From: an uncultured Myxococcales bacterium
GTDB lineage: Bacteria; Myxococcota_A; Polyangia; Fen-1088
Length of the DNA stretch: 64,000 nucleotides
Direction: 5' to 3'
Assembly (NCBI GenBank): GCA_964647025.1
Contig: CAZYFU010000001.1
Span: 66,964 to 130,963, forward strand
The translations under genes and the position numbers were made by a program. The notes under the pieces were generated by a model that was not told where the DNA came from, did not search any database, and saw nothing but the letters and a program-made list of their open reading frames with translations. Shown piece after piece: positions 59,780 through 64,000 of the stretch. Position 1 is the stretch's first letter; every line of letters starts with the position of its first letter.

Positions 59780-60460
59780 CTACTTCTTGCTGAGGAACGA
59801 GAGCTTCTCTAGCTTGGCCGCGATATCGATGCTCTCGACGTAGCCTCCTGGTGCTGGGGTGATGCGCTTGGGGACGAAGTTCAGAATGGAAAGGACGCCG
59901 CACTTGGCTAAGCGGTCCACCAACTGCTGCAGCCCGGGTGGACGGCACGCCAGCACCGCCACTCGGACGTTGAACTCGGGCAAAACCTTGTCCATCTGGT
60001 CAACGTGGTAGCAGCGACGGCCAGCGAAAACCTTGCCCGCCTTGTCGGAATCCAGGTCGAATATGACGCCGATGTGAAATCCGCGCTCTTCGAAGCCACG
60101 GTAGGCCAGCAGCGATCGGCCCAAGTCGCCAACGCCAAAAAGCGCGACCGTCTGCGGCATATCCGTGCCGAGAATGCGGCTGATGGTCCGGGTGAGCTGG
60201 TAGACGTTGTATCCCCGGCTGATGTTGCCAAAGGACCCGAAGCTGGACAGATCGCGCCGCAGTTGGGCCGGCGTTACACCAACCATCTCGGCCAGTTGCT
60301 GCGAGTAGACATACTCGACTCCGTCGTAGTGCAGCTCCTCCAGCACCTTGCGGTAGACGCTCAGACGCTCCACCGTGGATACCGAAACGTGGCGGTCGCC
60401 CTTCCTTGCCGCATCAGCAGCTTGGCCTTCGGTCTCCAGGGTCGCCGTCGCCTCATCCAC
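59780..60460 (-). CDS. rex: redox-sensing transcriptional repressor Rex
   Basis: wHTH (TVERLSVYRKVL, SQQLAEMVGVTPAQLRRDLS) and a Rossmann NADH site (LFGVGDLGRSL). I prefer the GTG at 60460 because a promoter-like element lies just upstream; the track start at 60514 is also GTG. Confidence 0.85.
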   Translation of the reverse strand: MDEATATLETEGQAADAARKGDRHVSVSTVERLSVYRKVLEELHYDGVEYVYSQQLAEMVGVTPAQLRRDLSSFGSFGNISRGYNVYQLTRTISRILGTDMPQTVALFGVGDLGRSLLAYRGFEERGFHIGVIFDLDSDKAGKVFAGRRCYHVDQMDKVLPEFNVRVAVLACRPPGLQQLVDRLAKCGVLSILNFVPKRITPAPGGYVESIDIAAKLEKLSFLSKK

Positions 60461-60464
60461 GATG

Positions 60465-60481
60465 TTGTGATTATCTTCACA
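60465..60481 (-). promoter_or_regulatory. Rex-box-like palindrome overlapping the rex -10 region
   Basis: The minus strand reads TGTGAAGATAATCACAA, which is TGTGAA-N4-ATCACA with one mismatch to TTCACA. Confidence 0.5.
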
Positions 60482-60498
60482 GCACCTCGGCCAGTCAA
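60470..60498 (-). promoter_or_regulatory. candidate sigma70 promoter of rex (near-leaderless)
   Basis: On the minus strand: TTGACT (60498-60493), a 17-nt spacer, then GATAAT (60475-60470). The GTG at 60460 follows 9 nt later. Confidence 0.45.
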
Positions 60499-60580
60499 GC
60501 CCTATTTTGTGCACACAGGTCGTCTTAATGCAGCAAGGGGCCGCGCAAAATCCCCGAAAGCACTGCGCCTCCCATCCAGT

Positions 60581-61897
60581 CTAAGAGCGCGCCCCGTAAG
60601 CTGGCTTGCGAAGAATCGACAACGCCAACAGACCACCGGCGCATAGCAGTATGAGGTTGCGGACGGCGATCATGACGATGGGCGCCGTTTGCATTGCGAC
60701 CAGGTCCCAGTAGCGCGGCGGGAACACCATCTGCGTAAGAAGGATGGCACAAGCGAGCAGGCACCCGGCCAGCCGCGCACGCGCCGTCCCCACTGCTATC
60801 ACGAGCGCCAGCAGGGGCAGGCTCCAGATGAGGAACTGGGGGGACAGAACCTTGCTCGTGCACACGAAGATCAGAACCAGAGCCAAGGTGGCGGCGGGGA
60901 CGTCGGCCAGTGATGCCCGAAAGTCCCGCCTGCGCCGCCAAAGCAACAGGTAGAAGGCCGCAGTAAAAGCCAGCATGATCCACAGCGACAGCGAAGCGAG
61001 CGTGCCCGCCCCGGCGCCGATGACCGATTGCGATCCGTGGGAATTGCCGACGGCGGTCTGCCACCCAGCGATGGCATGCCCAAGCAGGTAGGGCGACGAA
61101 TACAGGCTCTCGATCTGCAGGGGACGCCCCGTGTGGTACTTGAAGACGTAGAGCAACGACCGAGCGGACCGGACGAGATATGGAAGGAACGGCAGCGTCG
61201 CGGCAAGCACGAAAGCCAGGCCTGCTCCGACGATCTGCTTCATCCGGGGGGCCAACAAGAAGACCAACGGCAACAGCATGGCCGGCGTCAGCTTCAAGGC
61301 GAAGCCGATTCCAAGCACCGCCGCCGCGCGCATCGGCCACCGACGGGACACGCAGTACACGAAAAGAGCGATATCGAGAGCGACCGCGACGTCGAATCGG
61401 TTGGCCACGATGGGGCCGGCGAAGAGCGTGGCAAAGGCAAATGCGAAAGCCGCGACGATGGGCGCGGCAAAGCCTGAGGACAGGCGCACGGCCGCCGCCG
61501 TCGAGACCACCGCCGCAGCAACACAAAGAACGATCATCTCGCCAGCGAACGCGTCACGATAGTCGACCCACGGGCCAAGCCACTGGGCGACCGACATCAG
61601 GGGAATCGCCAGTGGTGGATACTCGACGCGCACGTCGATGTAGGGACGAAGCCCGCGCGCGAACTGCCGGGCGTAGTCCTCGTAGAGGCCAATATCGCTG
61701 ATGTCGTAGAACCCGTACCAAGTATGGCGGGTTCGAAAGTGGTGCACGATGATCCACCAGACGAGCGCCTGCAGCAGCAGCGCAACCGCCACGGATACCA
61801 GCATCCGGATATTACGGCGCCGGATAGCCAAGTCTATGGGTCTTCGTCTCGAGCGCAAACCACCGGACATCCTAGCGGACTGCGTCCCCACGACCAT
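60581..61897 (-). CDS. polytopic membrane protein, DUF2029/GT87-like glycosyltransferase
   Basis: More than 10 TM segments, and a VEYPPLA motif typical of the family. The start is uncertain (ATG 61897, 61870 or 61804); the 542-aa track version is rejected. Confidence 0.65.
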   Translation of the reverse strand: MVVGTQSARMSGGLRSRRRPIDLAIRRRNIRMLVSVAVALLLQALVWWIIVHHFRTRHTWYGFYDISDIGLYEDYARQFARGLRPYIDVRVEYPPLAIPLMSVAQWLGPWVDYRDAFAGEMIVLCVAAAVVSTAAAVRLSSGFAAPIVAAFAFAFATLFAGPIVANRFDVAVALDIALFVYCVSRRWPMRAAAVLGIGFALKLTPAMLLPLVFLLAPRMKQIVGAGLAFVLAATLPFLPYLVRSARSLLYVFKYHTGRPLQIESLYSSPYLLGHAIAGWQTAVGNSHGSQSVIGAGAGTLASLSLWIMLAFTAAFYLLLWRRRRDFRASLADVPAATLALVLIFVCTSKVLSPQFLIWSLPLLALVIAVGTARARLAGCLLACAILLTQMVFPPRYWDLVAMQTAPIVMIAVRNLILLCAGGLLALSILRKPAYGARS

Positions 61898-61992
61898 CGA
61901 CTTTCTTCGTCGGCAAACCGCCCGAGACCGGCGAATCCCTCTTGTCTCCCGCGGACGGTTAAGCCAAGGTCCCGGCTGCGAGGTAGAAGTCC

Positions 61993-63603
61993 ATGTCAAA
62001 GCAGCAAGACGTCCGCAAGCTGGCCAGCGGCAACGAGGCGGTGGCCCTGGCCGCGCTCCACGCGGACGTGAAACTCGGCACCGGATACCCGGGTACGCCG
62101 TCCACTGAGATTCTCGAGAATTTCGACGCCTTGGGTGGCCGCGCACAATGGGCACCCAACGAGAAAGTCGCGCTGGAGGTCGGCATCGGGGCCGCCTTCT
62201 CGGGTGCACGCGCGATCGTGACCATGAAACACGTTGGGCTCAATGTGGCAGCCGATCCGCTGTTCACCGTCGCCTACACGGGAACCAGCGGAGGGCTCGT
62301 CATCGTCTCGGCGGACGACCCCGGCATGGCCTCCAGCCAAAACGAACAGGACAACCGTCGCTTCGCGGTTGCGGCCGGGCTGCCCATGCTCGAGCCCGGG
62401 GACTCGCAAGAGGCCTACGACTTCACCTTGCGCGCCTTCGAGCTGTCGGAGCGCTGGCACACGCCGGTCCTGCTCCGCATGACCACACGCGTGTGCCATT
62501 CGGCGACGATTCTGCAAACGCCAGGCTACCCAGCACCACCGGCGGCTGCCGCGAGCTTCGTTCGCGATATCCCGGGACGCGTAATGATCCCGGCTTACGC
62601 ACGACCGGCGCACAAGCGGCTGCGTGCCAAGCTCGCCGAGATCGGAGCATGGAACGACAAGGACGGGCCGAACGTCGTCGTCGATCACGCGGGAAAGGAC
62701 CTGGGCATCATCACCTCGGGCATCGCCTTCCAGCACGTGTGTGAAGCCGCGCCCACCGCGAAGGTGCTCAAGATCGGCCTCACCTACCCCTTGCCCATCG
62801 AGACCATGCGGGCCTTCGCCGCGGGGGTCGAGCGCTGCCTCGTCGTCGAAGAGGGCGACCCATTCCTCTACGAGGCGGCACGGACGGCCGGAATCGCGGC
62901 AGAGAACAAGCCCGAGATGTTTCGTTTCGGCGAGCTCAACGTCGAGCGCGTCCGCCGCATCGTCGCGGGCGACACCTCTCCCGAGGCCGTCTCCCCGCCT
63001 GGCAAGCCGCCCGAGCTGTGCCCCGGCTGCCCGCACCGCAACGTCTTCGAGGCTCTGCACGACCTCGACTGTATCGTCGCGGGCGACATCGGCTGCTACA
63101 CCCTCGGCGTGCTGCCCCCGTTCTCCGCGATGGACACCTGCGTGTGCATGGGCGCGGCCATCGGGGTTGGGTTGGGCCTTCGCCACACGCTGCCGCCCGA
63201 GCAAGCCCGTCGGGTCGTGAGCGTGATCGGCGACTCCACCTTCGTTCACAGCGGTATCACCGGCTTGGTCGAGATGGTCTACAACCCTCCGACCACCGGC
63301 CACGTGCTCATCATCCTCGACAATGGCACGACCGCCATGACCGGCTTGCAGGAACATCCCGGCACCGGACGCCGCCTCAACCACGAAGGCACCGGTCGAG
63401 TGGTCTTCGAAGACTTGGCGCGCTCGCTCGGCATCAAGAACATCGTCGAGATCGATCCCATTCGCGAGTCCGCGGAGATCACCCGCGTGGTACGTGAAGC
63501 GCTCGCCAAGGACGAGCTCAGCCTCATCATTGCCCGCCGGCCCTGTCTGCTCGCCGCCGGCGCGATCAAAGCCCGGGAGAAAGCCGCCCATGCCCCGAAG
63601 TGA
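61993..63603 (+). CDS. iorA: indolepyruvate:ferredoxin oxidoreductase alpha subunit (TPP-binding), short form
   Basis: N-terminus GNEAVALAAL...GYPGTPSTEI, CPGCPH motif, and a TPP motif region (GDSTFVHSG...ILDNGTTAMTG). No CxxCxxCxxxCP ferredoxin insert seen. Confidence 0.85.
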   Translation: MSKQQDVRKLASGNEAVALAALHADVKLGTGYPGTPSTEILENFDALGGRAQWAPNEKVALEVGIGAAFSGARAIVTMKHVGLNVAADPLFTVAYTGTSGGLVIVSADDPGMASSQNEQDNRRFAVAAGLPMLEPGDSQEAYDFTLRAFELSERWHTPVLLRMTTRVCHSATILQTPGYPAPPAAAASFVRDIPGRVMIPAYARPAHKRLRAKLAEIGAWNDKDGPNVVVDHAGKDLGIITSGIAFQHVCEAAPTAKVLKIGLTYPLPIETMRAFAAGVERCLVVEEGDPFLYEAARTAGIAAENKPEMFRFGELNVERVRRIVAGDTSPEAVSPPGKPPELCPGCPHRNVFEALHDLDCIVAGDIGCYTLGVLPPFSAMDTCVCMGAAIGVGLGLRHTLPPEQARRVVSVIGDSTFVHSGITGLVEMVYNPPTTGHVLIILDNGTTAMTGLQEHPGTGRRLNHEGTGRVVFEDLARSLGIKNIVEIDPIRESAEITRVVREALAKDELSLIIARRPCLLAAGAIKAREKAAHAPK

Positions 63604-63622
63604 ACCAACGAACAGCGAGACC

Positions 63623-64000
63623 ATGAAGAAGACCATGAACGTCGTGTTCGCCGGACTCGGCGGTCAAGGCGTGCTGAAGGCATCGGGCATCTTCGCCAAC
63701 GTGGTGTTCCTCGCCGGCTTCGACGTGAAGAAGAGCGAGATCCACGGCATGAGCCAGCGTGGAGGTTCCGTGTCGAGCGACGTTCGCTTTGGCAGCAAAG
63801 TCTGCTCGCCCATGGTTCCTCCCGGCCAGGCCGACTACTTGGTCGTGCTTGCGCCGAGCCAGGTCGAGATAGCCCGTCCCATGCTGAGGGCAGGCGGTGT
63901 GCTGGTGGAGCCCAGCGCGATCGACGAGGCCAAGCTCGCCAACAAGAAGAGCCTGAACGTCGCTCTGCTCGGAGCGCTTGCACGCCACCTCGATCTTGCA
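63623..64000 (+). CDS. iorB: indolepyruvate:ferredoxin oxidoreductase beta subunit (3' end outside window)
   Basis: Not in the ORF track because there is no stop in the window. My own translation from the ATG at 63623 is MKKTMNVVFAGLGGQGVLKASGIF...EIHGMSQRGGSV. This is the typical POR-gamma/IorB N-terminus, and the frame stays open to base 64000. Confidence 0.8.
   Translation, partial: MKKTMNVVFAGLGGQGVLKASGIFANVVFLAGFDVKKSEIHGMSQRGGSVSSDVRFGSKVCSPMVPPGQADYLVVLAPSQVEIARPMLRAGGVLVEPSAIDEAKLANKKSLNVALLGALARHLDLA

Noticed and set aside
46154-61992. The idea that the hydrogenase locus is a horizontally acquired island
   Set aside because: By eye, GC content and codon style match the flanks. I saw no integrase, transposase, tRNA or direct repeats at the borders, so I cannot support it from this window alone.
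61996-63636. 546-aa minus-strand ORF
   Set aside because: It is antisense to iorA, with no motifs, so it is a shadow ORF.

Overview
High-GC bacterial chromosomal segment, roughly two-thirds G+C by eye. Gene content and style (FHA, PP2C and TPR proteins, Cys-rich lipoproteins, an RDD protein, many GTG/TTG starts, overlapping start/stop codons) suggest a Myxococcota-like genome; this is inference only. I call about 65 densely packed protein genes. The first ~46 kb is core housekeeping: rny, recN, nadK, rpsU-prmA-rsmE, ffh, lgt, dnaK, ribF, mepA, glpK, phoH-ybeY, mazG, pgpA, mtnA/mtnP, tsaC and pepT. Signalling and envelope genes are interspersed: a PAS-GGDEF cyclase, a GAF-HD-GYP protein, a double-FHA protein, a VKOR-DsbA fusion and an L,D-transpeptidase. 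The stand-out region is 46.2-60.5 kb, all on the minus strand. It holds two paralogous HydABC-type (NuoE/NuoF/[FeFe]-HydA) hydrogenase modules. One module has hydC fused to hydB; the other has them split. The split module sits in an apparent operon with an [FeFe]-hydrogenase-like H-domain fused to a histidine kinase, three receiver proteins without DNA-binding outputs, and a Rex redox repressor. Two Rex-box palindromes are present. Indolepyruvate:ferredoxin oxidoreductase genes (iorAB) lie at 62-64 kb. I saw no rRNA, tRNA, CRISPR array, transposase or integrase. Many long ORFs in the six-frame track are antisense or out-of-frame shadows typical of high-GC DNA, and several real genes start at internal codons of longer track ORFs.
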